The notes under the pieces are model-generated. The model was not told where the DNA came from, made no database searches, and saw nothing but the letters and a program-made list of their open reading frames with translations. Below are positions 36,960 through 47,913 of a stretch of 64,000 nucleotides of DNA, piece by piece. Source of the stretch: Trichodelitschia bisporula (lineage: Eukaryota); NCBI GenBank assembly GCA_010356995.1, contig ML996687.1, positions 1,803-65,802 on the forward strand, given 5' to 3'. Position numbers and translations under genes: made by a program. Position 1 is the stretch's first letter, and every line of letters begins with the position of its first letter.

Positions 36960-38343
36960 ATGTCGCCCCCTCAATCCCCCTCACCAGACAATGTCATCCA
37001 CGACATCCTCTTCATCGGCCTCGGCCCCTCAACCCTCTCCCTAGCAATCGCCCTCTCCGAACAATCCCCCCCCCCCAAAACCGTCATCCTCGAGCGCTCC
37101 CCACGCTTCGTCTGGTCCCCCTCCACCCTCCCTACCCCCCGCGCCCCAATGCGCACCTCCCTCCTCCACGACCTCACAACCCCTCGAAACCCACACTCGC
37201 AGTACACATTTCTGAACTACCTCGTCGCCACCGACTCCCTCGTCGCATACACCAATCTCGGCGCCATTAACCCGCCCCGCGCCCTCTTCGCCCGGTATCT
37301 GGCCTGGGTGGCTAAGGCCTTCGAGGAGCGCGAGTGGGTGCGGTATGGCGCTGATGCGCGCGCCGTTGAGCCGGTTAAGGTCGGCGGCGCGGTCGACCAC
37401 TGGCGCGTGAGGCTGGCGGACGGCGCCCCGGTGTTGACGAGGAAAGTCGTCGTGGCCGTCGGCGCCGCGCCGCAAATGCCAGCCTCGTTGTCGGGACTGC
37501 AGTCCTCGCGCGTGCTACACACCTCAGCGTACGGCGCCGCGCTCCCGCGCATTCTAGCGCAAAACGGGCGCGTGGACGTCGCGATCGTCGGCGGCGGGGA
37601 GGAAGCGCTCGAGGTGTACAACCACCTGCGCGGGATGGGTGTCGAGGGGCGGGTGGTTCTGTTTCACGCGGAGAAGGTGTTGAGGGGGGAGGATGCGAAT
37701 CCCTAGTAAGTCTTTTGCTTTAGAGTTGGAGCGAAGCTGACGTCCAGTGTGCGGAATCTCGTTGCGGCGGATGACCCGGTCGTGCCGTATGAGTTGCGGA
37801 ACGCGGGCGCGACGGCGGGCGGAGAGATGGCGTCCGCGCATACGATTACGGCGCTGTATGAGGATCACTACGCGCAGCATATTTCTGCGGCGAATCCGGC
37901 GACGCACGATTTCCAAATCCGGGCTTCGCGGAGGGTGATGCGCGCCGAGGTCGCCGGCGAGCAAGTCCGTCTTCACCTCGCGGACCCAGCGACGGGTCTG
38001 CGCGAAGCGGCGTGCTTCGACTTCGTCATTGTGGCGGGTGGGTATGAGCGTGGACAGCACGGGCGACTGGTTGCGCCGCTGGGGGAGATGTTGGATGGGC
38101 GGAGTGGGGATGTGGCGCTTGATGCTGAGTATAGGGTTTGTTTGAAGAGGGGGAGTGCGAGGAGGGGCGTGGGCGTTTGGGTGCTTGGGGGGTTTGANNN
38201 NNNNNNNNNNNNNNNNNNNNNNNNNNNNNNNNNNNNNNNNNNNNNNNNNNNNNNNNNNNNNNNNNNNGGAGGGGGTGGGGGGGAGGGAGAGGGTGGTTGT
38301 GCCGGAGGCGTGGGGGGGGGAGAGGGAGAGGGCGGCGTTGTAG
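36960..38343 (+). CDS. Divergent L-ornithine N5-monooxygenase (SidA)-like flavoprotein
   Basis: HDILFIGLGPSTLSLAIAL, DLTTPRNPHSQYTFLNYL, TNLG..P.R..F..YL.WVA, VLHTS.Y, AIVGGG, DFVIVAGGY. Intron 37706-37747 removes the apparent TAG. Spans an N gap; likely ends RAAL* at 38343. Confidence 0.85.
38198..38267. other. Assembly gap (70 N) within the G-rich 3' part of the SidA-like gene
   Basis: Run of N. Confidence 1.
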
Positions 38344-38474
38344 GCGTGTTGATTGTTGGGGCGTTGAGTTGCTTTGGGTAGAGGCGTACGGAGGTTATGT
38401 CCCTTAACCTTTGTGGAAAGATTGTATGAGGAAGGACGGAAGACTTCTGTTGCCAAAATATACATAAGTTTGAT

Positions 38475-38710
38475 CGTCACCGAGGACTTGTCACCCGTTA
38501 TCGAGACTATGTTTCCCGTCATCGAGGCCGTGTTACCCGTAATTGTTCGGCCTCAGTAACGGGTTACTCAGTCTCAGTGACGGGTAACTGGGACCTGGAA
38601 GGGTAGCCAGTCCCCAGTGACGGGTAACTGAGCCGCGACAGGTAACTTGTATTAGTGACGGGTAACTGAGCCACGATGGGTAACTAGGCCCGATGACGGG
38701 TAACTGAACT
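38475..38710. repeat. Array of ~20-nt repeats (core GACGGGTAACT), ~8 forward and ~3 inverted copies
   Basis: Forward copies near 38555, 38576, 38616, 38636, 38654, 38674, 38692; inverted-like copies GTCACCCGTTATCGAG, TTTCCCGTCATCGAG and GTTACCCGT at ~38490-38541. Confidence 0.85.
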
Positions 38711-38870
38711 TGTCTTTGGATCTTGGGGAGAGGACCATTGAACGGAAAGTGGTTAAAAGGCTTTACAACCAAGGAAGTAATAAAGTTGGCTTCAAAATAC
38801 CGTCATCTAGTGCTCTCATATTGTCGCCAGCTCCAACGCCATACCCAAAAATCTACCAAACAAGCAAACC

Positions 38871-40647
38871 TCACAACCTCGCACTCTTCCCCCCCGCCAA
38901 AATCCTCTCCGCCACATCCCTAAGCACAAACTTCTGAATCTTCCCACTCCCCGTCAGCGGCACCTGCGCCGGCACCCCCAGCTCGCCAAACCAAAACACA
39001 TGCTCCGGACACTTATGCCGTCCCAGCGTCTGCCCACACCACTCCCTCACCTCCTTAAAACTCATCTTCCTTTCCCCAGGTGCACATACCAAAAACGCAG
39101 CCACAACCTCCACGAGACGCGCATGCTTCACACCCACCACAACCGCCCGCTCAATCGCCGGATGCCGCACCAGCCGCTCCTCGATCTCGAGCGGGTATAT
39201 ATTCTCCCCGCCTCGGATAATAAGCTCCTTGAACCGGCCCGTGATACTTGCGTACCCCTCCGCGTCAAACACAGCCTCGTCGCCGGTGTGCAGCCATAGC
39301 ACCCCATCGTCATCCCGACTCATGTTCTCTGCGGTCTTGGCCGCGTTGCGCCAGTACCCCGCGTGCAACTGGTAGCCCGCGATGCACAGCTCGCCGCGCG
39401 TGCCGATGGGCACTATATTCCCCTCCCGGTCCACAATCTTAGCGTGCGCGTGCGGCAGTAGCGTGCCCACGGTGTGCAGTTTCCGCTCAACGGTGTCGGT
39501 CACGTGCGCGTTGAAACAAGTCGGCGAGGCTTCGGTCAAGCCGTACGAGGACGTGAACTCCGTCATGCCAAACTCGGCGACCATTTGCTCCATCAGGTGG
39601 CGCGGGACGGGACTACCGGCAATGATTCCCGTGCGCAGATGCTTGAGATCCAGCCCGGTTCGGGGAGTGGAGAAGAGGGCGTCGAACATGGCGGGGACGC
39701 CGTGGAGCACGGTGCAGCGCTCGGTGTGGATGGCGCGCAACGTGGCGGGCGCGTCAAAGACTTCGGCTGGGTAGACGGTGGTGGCGGCGTGGGTGGTTGC
39801 GGCGAGCAGGCCGAGGACGAGGCCGAAGCAGTGGAAGAGGGGCGGGGGGCAGCAAAGCACGTCGTTCGAGGTTAGCCGCATGCGGTTGCCAATGAAGCGC
39901 GCGTTGTTGACGACGTTGTGGTGCGTCAGGCTGCTGGCTTTGGGGATGCCGGTTGAGCCACTGGTGAAGAGGAGCATGGCGATTGCATACGCCTGTTGGG
40001 AGGTGTGCAGCTCGGTGAGCTGGTCATCGAGGGGTAGGGAGGCGCCTAGGGCCACAGCTTCGGCGTAGGTGCGGAAGTCCTGCGCTTCGCCGTAGAGGAT
40101 GACGATTTCATCGAGCCAGGGCGTGCACTGCGGGTCTTCGTGGAGGCGGGCGAGCAGCGGGCGGTTGTCGAGGCGGCCGATGTTGAGGGTGGTGAAGAGG
40201 ATGCGGCAATCTGTGATATCAGCTTATGACAAGATCTACGTCGACGAACGCACCGGTGTGCCGTAAGGCGTGGATCGCCTCGGGGGCTGTGTATGTGTTG
40301 TTGAGCACCACGAGGATGGCGCCAATGCGGCCGGCTGCAAAGACCAGCGCGACGTACTGCTCGCAGTTGCCGGCGAAGACGCCGATGCGGTCACCGGGCC
40401 GGATGCCGACGTCGAGAAGCATCTTGGCGAGCGCGATGCTCTGCGCGCGGAGGTGGTTGTATGTCCATCGAGCTCCCGTCCACGGGATGACGACGCACTC
40501 CTTATCGCCGTATTTACGGCATTGCAGGTCGAGAAGGCCGGCGGTGGTGAGAGTAATGAGAGGGGGATACGATGGGCCGTGTAGGACGGAGAGCTGGGTG
40601 GAGGGAGTGGGCTTCTGGGCTGGCGGTATGGAGCCTGCGGCGGACAT
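38871..40647 (-). CDS. sidI: Acyl-CoA ligase, mevalonyl-CoA ligase SidI-like
   Basis: VLNNTYT, FTSGSTGIPKA, PPPLFHCFGLVLG, SSYGLTEASP, GELCIAGY, WLHTGD, IIRGGENIYPLEIE, TGSGKIQK; one intron ~40211-40252; C-terminal ARL; cluster context. Confidence 0.88.
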
Positions 40648-41020
40648 TTTGGAGATGGATATGCGGCGAGACCTGGGGGACAAGCGACGATGCCTCAAAG
40701 ATGCTGAGGATGTATCGGAAGACATGAATACTACACGGACATCAAGGTACGATGAACCACACATCCCGCATGGTCGACCATACGGGGCGGTTTAATGGCT
40801 CGATCCATGCCGTCACAGTAGCCCGCCTCGGGCCCGACAGCGGTGGAGCCAGACAGATCGCTCCAGTTTAGGGCGCTCTTTCAGGGCTTTACTTTCCCTC
40901 CGCCATTTCCGGCCATCTGACGATTCACAGTTCACGCAGCCGGGGGTGGGCGAGGTCGTGGACTGGGAAAAAAAAGTCGACCTCATATCCCAGCCGTTTC
41001 AGGACTAGCGCGGATGGGGT

Positions 41021-41045
41021 CATCTTATCAATCTAATCAGAGATT
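41021..41045 (-). promoter_or_regulatory. GATA element upstream of sidI-like gene
   Basis: CATCTTATCAATCTAATCAG; shares CATCTTATCAATC and ATCTAATCA with the element at 22091-22130. Confidence 0.65.
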
Positions 41046-42576
41046 TCAGCGCCTGTCTGCGGGGGCGGCTTGGCGTGTCGGAGAAAGTCGTGGAGTGGAG
41101 ATGGTGGCATGGGTTGCGCGTGGTTGCATGTAGTGGCTTGCTGTTGGCGTTAGAGAGCTTCTGCTGGTCCAGTTTGTCCGTGAGAGAAGTGGGTCTGGCC
41201 ATGGCCGAATTGTGCCGGCCGGAAAGGGGAGCGATGTCGGAGAAGTTGAGGAGGATAACTCAAGAGACTCTCTTCGCACCGCGCGGGCAGAGACATGAGG
41301 CCGGCGGCAACATCACAAGCGCAGGGGAGTGACACCGGTGTGCGTAGTGGACGTCCCGCGCTGGAGCGGTGTTGTTGGGTGCTGGGCAATGTTGCCGAGG
41401 AAAGCTAAGCTTGCGGGATGCCATTGAGCTTGCTTCAGTTTGAGTCTTGTCATGCCGAGCTGTGAAGTTGAATAGGAAGCTGACAGAGGACAGACGTCGT
41501 TGCCAGGAACTAGAGACGTAACAGACGCAGAAGCGAGCGACTGTCAAGCGATGAGTGTCATTCCCATCGTCATTCTCGCATCCTGCTCACCGGAAGGACG
41601 AATCAGCGCGTGCGGCAACATTACCGCAACAATATTCGCTCTCGGCACGCTCTTCAGGAGCAGGAGCAGTACATAAATCGCGGGAGAAGGGAGAAGTTGG
41701 GACAAGGAAAAATGAGGCTCTCTAGGTGGTCGCTTGTTTCACGATGGCAGCCTCATTTGTTCCCCATGTTGTCTCTCCCCCACGCCGAGATGCCGTGGAG
41801 CCTGAGTGTGGCTGAAGCAGATGGCTGGCGAGGGAAAGGGTTGACCCGATCCGACGGAGCTCTCTCAGCCACTCAGTTGAGCACGTCTCGACGTCCTGCC
41901 ATCTCCTTCGTCCACCTAACCCTAACCCTAGCGACCATCATCACCACCATCTTCTCACCACTGTTCATCAGATACTCGCCAGTATAGTAGTACATCACGC
42001 TGTCACCACTGGTGGAAAACCAGCTGCACAGCACAGTACAGTATTGTCCTCCTCTATTGTACATACAACGGTAACAGTCCTGGCTTCAGACGCGGCTCAT
42101 CCCACGGAGATGTCATCTACACGTCTGCTATGCATCTGCTGCACCACAGCTGTACGGAGTACGTACTTCAAACATCGCTTAATATGAGCTGCATTATCAA
42201 ATGCCCGTCCTCTCTCTTCCAACGAATCATGCTGTGTGGATTTCTGCCTCCCAGCACCCATCCTCCCCAGGCCCCCATTTCCCGGCCCTGGCCTCCACGC
42301 AGTCACTGCAGAGCCTAATCCCCACGCTTCGAACTGCTGTGAGCCCCGCGGCCCCCGCACCTATGCCAATTCCGGGGCGTTGACTGCGCCCCTCCCTGCC
42401 AAACCGGCCACAAGGCGCCTGGGTCCACCGTCGGCGTCTTGACCTCAAGAAACGTCAAAATGGCCTGTGAAGGGGCTCCGGCAACGTCTCCCATTTCATA
42501 CACTTGCCCGCGTGCCTCTTTTGCGCTGCCTTCACGCGCTCTACGCGTACATTCGCCCCCCGGCGCTTTGTGAGTG

Positions 42577-44887
42577 ATGGACCCCGTCACGGCCATCGGC
42601 CTTGCCGCCAGTGTTCTACAGATCGGAGCGGCCTGCGTCAAGACCATCCATTCCCTCGACCAGCTGAAGCGCAAGTACTCGACTGCGCCTAACTCTATCG
42701 ACGCGCTGCAATCGGAAGTCGTTATTATCAAAGCTTCGCTTTTGCACATCCAGGAGCTCTTCCAGCCTAACACGAACACGCAGGCTGTACTTCATGCGAA
42801 GCCGGAGCTGTCCCTGGCGCTCGACAGTGCACTGGCGGGCTGCAAGCTCGTCTTTGATTGCCTGGATAAGGATATTGAGACCTTTTTGCCGTCGACGAAC
42901 AGCTCGACCGACCGGTTTGGTCTCCGCCGGCGGACGAGTTTCCTGCTCAAGCATGACACTTTCAAGGGCTATCTGGCGCAGATTCATGGGCACCAGAATG
43001 CATTGTCACTACTGATCCAGGGTCTGCAAATGTGAGCTGGCGCTGATTCCTATCTGTCAGTTACTAATTTCTGTAGGCAGTCTTTGAGCGACATCAACGG
43101 CCTACTGCAGGCGACAAACGCAAAATTGACTGAGATTGCGGAGGCTCGCTCACAGCTGACGATCCTGTCCTCTGCGGAGACCCTGTACTCGGAATCGGAG
43201 CCTGACCTCGACGACAAAGCGATCGACAAGGCCATTGAGGGCAAAGCGCAGTGGGCGCCAGCTCAAGGCGTTGTTTCCGAGAACCTAATCGACCTGGATG
43301 TCAGCGACTCGATTCATACTATCGTTCCGCGCCGATCTCCAGGTCTGGAGGATCTCAAGGAGCTGATGGCGCCCACTGCGGAACCGACATCGAAAGCCTC
43401 GTCCACGCGCGAAAAGTTGGAGGCGAATCCACTCGAAAAGCGGGACTCGGCACAATCAGTCGTGGATCGTACCCCGTCGATTAAACTGAACATGACGACC
43501 GCAATCAGCATCCTGGGAGATCCGCCTAGTCCTATGTCCGCAGCTCCGTATTTTGACGCAGCGCCGTATCTTGACGACCACGCGAGATCTGCATCCAACC
43601 ATTCGACGATGATACCACGTGGCTCGGTCCACGCGATGCAGTCTGAGTTTCCCGAGGTTGCGGCGCAGGACGCGCCACCCGACCCGTTTCCGACCGTCGT
43701 GAATCGGCCTAATTGGGTGCCCATGCTGGCCAACGAGGAGCAAGCAGCGCTTCTTGCACAGAGGGAAGAGTCGCGCGACACCGGATCGCTTATGCATCTG
43801 GAGTGGGCGGAGCAGGTGCTGCACCACTGCCGGGCCGCGTCGCGGCGCCGCGCGCGGCTGTCCCACACGATGGGTAACGTCGAGGCATCGCACACCGAGA
43901 CCGTCCTCAAAGCCGATGCGACGGCTATCGTCGAGGCCGAGGCGGAGCTTTCCAATCCCAAGGCCCTGTGTTTGAAGGCCACGTACTTCGACCTCGAGGA
44001 GCCGGTCGCGCAACAGTTGTTCTCCGAGTCTTCGGCTAAGGGGTACGCGCGCGCAGCGTACTATGTCGGGCGGGTATATGAGGGCTCAAAGGCGAAGCGC
44101 GAGACGGCGCTGGGCCATTATAACAAAGGTGCCAGCGCTGGCGACTCTGCGTCATTATACGTACGTCCCGCCTGATATGCGATGTCTTGAACAGTGCTAA
44201 CCGCTCCAGCGACTAGCCGAGTCCTTCCTCAAAGGCGAACTAGGGAACAAGAAAGATCACAAGCAAGCCATCCAATTGCTACGACAAGCAGCGCGCAGCG
44301 CAGACCGGGACTTTCCACTTGCGCACCACGTGAGTGCCCCACTGGTTCCTCATCATTGGTAGCTAATCTCCCAGCGTCTGGCCGAGCTCCAAACACCCAC
44401 CTACCGCAAATCCTTCAAGCTCAAAGAGTCCATCCTCCCTGTAGATGAAAACGCCGCGCGCGAGAGCTACATCCAAGCCGCGCTCCTCGGGTGCCCAGCC
44501 TCAGCCCTCGTCCTCGGCATCGCCCACGGCGCCGGCACACTCGGCTGCCGGCGGCACCCCGGCGTCGCGCTGCACTACCTGCGGCTCGCGGCGTGGCAAG
44601 GGGAGAGCGAGGCGGACCTCGAAATTTCCAATTGGTTTTGGTTCGGCGCCGATGGTGTCGTGGATGCGGATCACACTGCGGCGTTCCGACATGCGCGCAT
44701 CGCTGCTGGAGATGGGTATGTGCCGGCGTTTGCGCAAGTGGGTTTTTTTTACGAGAAGGGGATTGGGGTGCCGGTTAATGTGGAGAGGGCGAAGAGTTGG
44801 TATCTCAGAGGGGCTGGGAGGGATGAGCTTTGTGCGAAACGGTTGGATAACTTGAGGAAGCGGACGCAGTTTGGTGTTCGCTCTTGA
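42577..44887 (+). CDS. HeLo-like fungal N-terminal domain fused to Sel1-like repeats (chitin-synthase-activator Chs4/Skt5-like region)
   Basis: MDPVTAIGLAASVLQI..KYSTAP..I..L..E N-terminus; GYARAAYYVG, GDSASLY|RL, ALHYLRLAAWQGESEADLEISNWF, VGFFYEKGIGVPVNVERAKSWY. Introns 43032-43076, 44161-44209, 44330-44374 keep frame. Confidence 0.8.
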
Positions 44888-45602
44888 TGTCGGTTGGGTT
44901 GCATATGCAAGGTGTATGGGTGGACGAGTTTCGGGAGTTTGGGGTACTTGGTAATGGCTCATTGAGCGTGGATACGGCGGTGGGCGTCTGCTGTTGGCAA
45001 AATGCATAGTCCAAAGAATAGACTTGTCTTGTGTCTCTTCTGTTTGCTTTGTCAACCTCGTCCATCAGCCTTGCTTACTAACTGCCGACCGGAAGGATGG
45101 CGGTCGTCTGCAGATCACCTTGACCTCCGTGTACTGTACCCTAAAAAAGTCAAGGCTCAAAGGACGCCGAAGCTACATACACTTCCGATAAACGAGAGCA
45201 GCAGGGAGAACACAAGCGGATATATTCGACTTGCGCACGCGGCTCTGACAGAACTGCTATTCAATAACAATTGACGATGATGAGCGACTGCGAACTCGTA
45301 TGCAATAATCGCTTGAAGTGCACACGCAACGTGACCTCCACCGCGATACCCATATTTGGAAATTGATCTTGGGTGGTGATCGGTGTCACGCTAAGTTCCG
45401 GGCACTCAATGCGCGACACGCGCAACACGCAAATAGTACATGCTATGCCGGCGAGCCGTTCAAGATGAGTAGTGCCACTTTACGGTACAGGACGATTAAC
45501 GGTCCGCGGGGATATTTTGCCGGGACACTTTTCTCTGCTGCTTCCCCGCGATTCTCGGCGATAATTTGATATTCGCCCACTTCACTCCAGTCACTCCTTC
45601 CA

Positions 45603-46414
45603 ATGGCCTTCATTCCCTATGTCCTCATGCTGCTATGCGCGCTGGATGCGGCGGCTGTAAAGCTCTGGCTCGCGGGGGACAGCACCATGGCGAAGGCCTC
45701 GACGGCGAACATGCAGGGTTCGGCACATCCCACCGCAAAAAAACGAGACTTGCTAACAACCCAGGCTGGGGCGAGAAACTGCAGCCGCTCATGAGCCTGC
45801 CTGTCGTAAACAAAGCCATCGGCGGCCGCTCAGCACGCAGCTACACAGTCGAGGGCCGCTTCGCCGAGATCACAAAATCAGTAGCAGCGGGCGACTTCGT
45901 AGTCATCGAGTTCGGGCACAACGACGGCGGCTCTTTATCAAACGACAACGGGCGCACGGATTGCCCTGGGTCGGGGAGCGAAACGTGCAAGTCGACGTAC
46001 AAGGGCGAGCGCGTCACGGTCAAGACATTCCCGGCGTATCTGATCGAGGCGGGGAAAGCATACACAGCCAAAGGCGCACGCGTGGTGTTTTCCTCCATGA
46101 CGCCGAATAATGTGTGGGAGGGCGGGAAGTACACTTACGGTCCCGGACGGTTTACGGAGTACGCGCGCGATGCGGCGAAGGCGGTGGGCAAGGGGGCGAC
46201 GTTTGTGGATCATGGGAGTTATACGGCGGCGGCGTATAAGGCGCTGGGGGCGAAGACTGTGAATGGGTTTTATCCGAATGATCATACGCATACTAATGCG
46301 GAGGGGGCGGAGGTGGTGGCGAAGGCGTTTGTGAAGGCGGTGGTTTGTGCTAAGGATGGACTGGCGGAGCATGTTAAGAGTGGGGTGGCGTTAGTACCGA
46401 GCGGGTGTTTGTGA
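45603..46414 (+). CDS. Secreted rhamnogalacturonan acetylesterase (SGNH, CE12)
   Basis: Signal peptide, [35 protein letters not shown]; one intron ~45718-45764. Confidence 0.92.
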
Positions 46415-46483
46415 GGGGCTGGGAGGGGGGGATTGAGGGGGAGGCATAGAGGTGGCGGCTGGTATTGCTTGTATATACGTGCG

Positions 46484-47913
46484 CTACAGCTCATCGTGCT
46501 CGGGTTCATCGTCTGCATCCACATCTGCATCATCTGCGACATCCGCGCCATCGTCCGCATCCACATCTGCATCATCCGCGACATCCGCGCCATCGTCTCC
46601 CTCATTCGCACCTCGAGCCGCATCGCCCGCATCCTTCAAGACATTCTGGACATCCCCGCCCGCTTCGCGAATCGCCTCCACCGCCGCCGCCGCTTGATCA
46701 ACCGGCACGCGCATAGTCGATGTCTGAGGTGTAACCCGCAGCGCCAGATGAATCGGCAACTTATGAATCTTAAACCAATCGAGCAGCAGTGCCGTCGTGT
46801 CGAATACCCTGTCCGCGCCCTTGAGCCGCAGCAGCGGCCACCCGTGCCCAAAACCCTTGAGCCGGTAGTGGAGCAGCGTGAAGTGCTCCGGGTCGTGAGC
46901 AGACAGCCGCTCGCCGGGCTTGAACTCAATCTTCGGGGCGGTGCCATTGATGCCGGGGCAGCTTTTCGCCAGTCTCCACGCGCCGCCGTTGTACGCCTCG
47001 CCCTCGGACACCCACCCGCCACTGCTTAGCTTCGTGACTTTGACGTCGGTGCCGGTGGCGTCGCGCGCATCCATGGTCTCGCCGACGGGCTCGCCGCAGC
47101 CATTAAGATCCGACCACTCGTCCAAAAACGCGGGCACGGCCCTGCGGCGCTTCGCACTCTCCCACTCATTAAGGAAATACGGCAGAATCCGGTCCTCGTC
47201 GCCATGCACCTCAAGCATAGGAACAGGGGAGCGGCCCGGCGCGCAAGTCTCCCAGATGGGCGCGTGCCTGCGGCCGCCGAAGCCGCCGGCCACGATGCCG
47301 AAAGCGGTGATCTGCGTCGAGAGGGCGGGGTCGCAGGCGAGAAGGTTGACGAGACCACCGCCGGTGCCCATGCCGGTGGCGTAGACGCGCGATGTGTCGT
47401 GGCAGATGATGGAGCCGAGGTCGTCGATGATGGACGAGACAAACGCGATGTCATCTGCGTACTCGGGCTGCTCGATGTTTTTGCGCCAGCGGCGGACGAC
47501 GATGTCGGATTGCCAGGTGTCCTGCGCGGGGTCAGCGGGGGCATGAGGAGGCACGGGCGAATGCCTGGTGCCTATGAGACACGCACATTGCGCGCCAGTG
47601 GATACACGACCACGGCGTTGCGGTTGATGTTCGGGTCACTCAGGTGGGAGGCGCTGGCGAGTTCCAGAGGGAGCATTTCCTTGTCGTGGAAGGCGAGGAT
47701 TAGGGGGGCGGGTTCGCTTGAGTTCTTGCCGAAGTCCGGCGGTATAGTGACATGGATCTCGCGTCCGCTGTTGCGGTCGTGGCCGACGCGGAAGACGCGC
47801 GTTTCATTCGCTTTGGGCCGCCAGTCGATGGGGGAGTCTTCCGCCTTGGTGCACGCGTGGCTCGGCGCGGCGTAGGCGGAGGCGAGGAGGGACAGGATGA
47901 GGAGGGCTAGCAT
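46484..47913 (-). CDS. CE1/PHB-depolymerase-like alpha/beta hydrolase with signal peptide and C-terminal HDEL
   Basis: PAPLILAFH, VVVYP, DDIAFV, DTSRVYATGMGTGGG..LAC, PMLEVHG.ED, GFGHGWP; acidic repeat tail; one intron near 47522-47586. Confidence 0.85.

Noticed and set aside
37704..37706. Apparent premature TAG in the SidA-like gene
   Set aside because: It is the TA|GTAAGT exon-intron junction; splicing gives TAT (Tyr).
38475..38710. CRISPR-like appearance of the repeat array
   Set aside because: Eukaryotic DNA, no unique spacers, no cas genes.
41915..41930. CCTAACCCTAACCCTA telomere-like motif
   Set aside because: Only ~2.5 units, internal; not evidence of a telomere.
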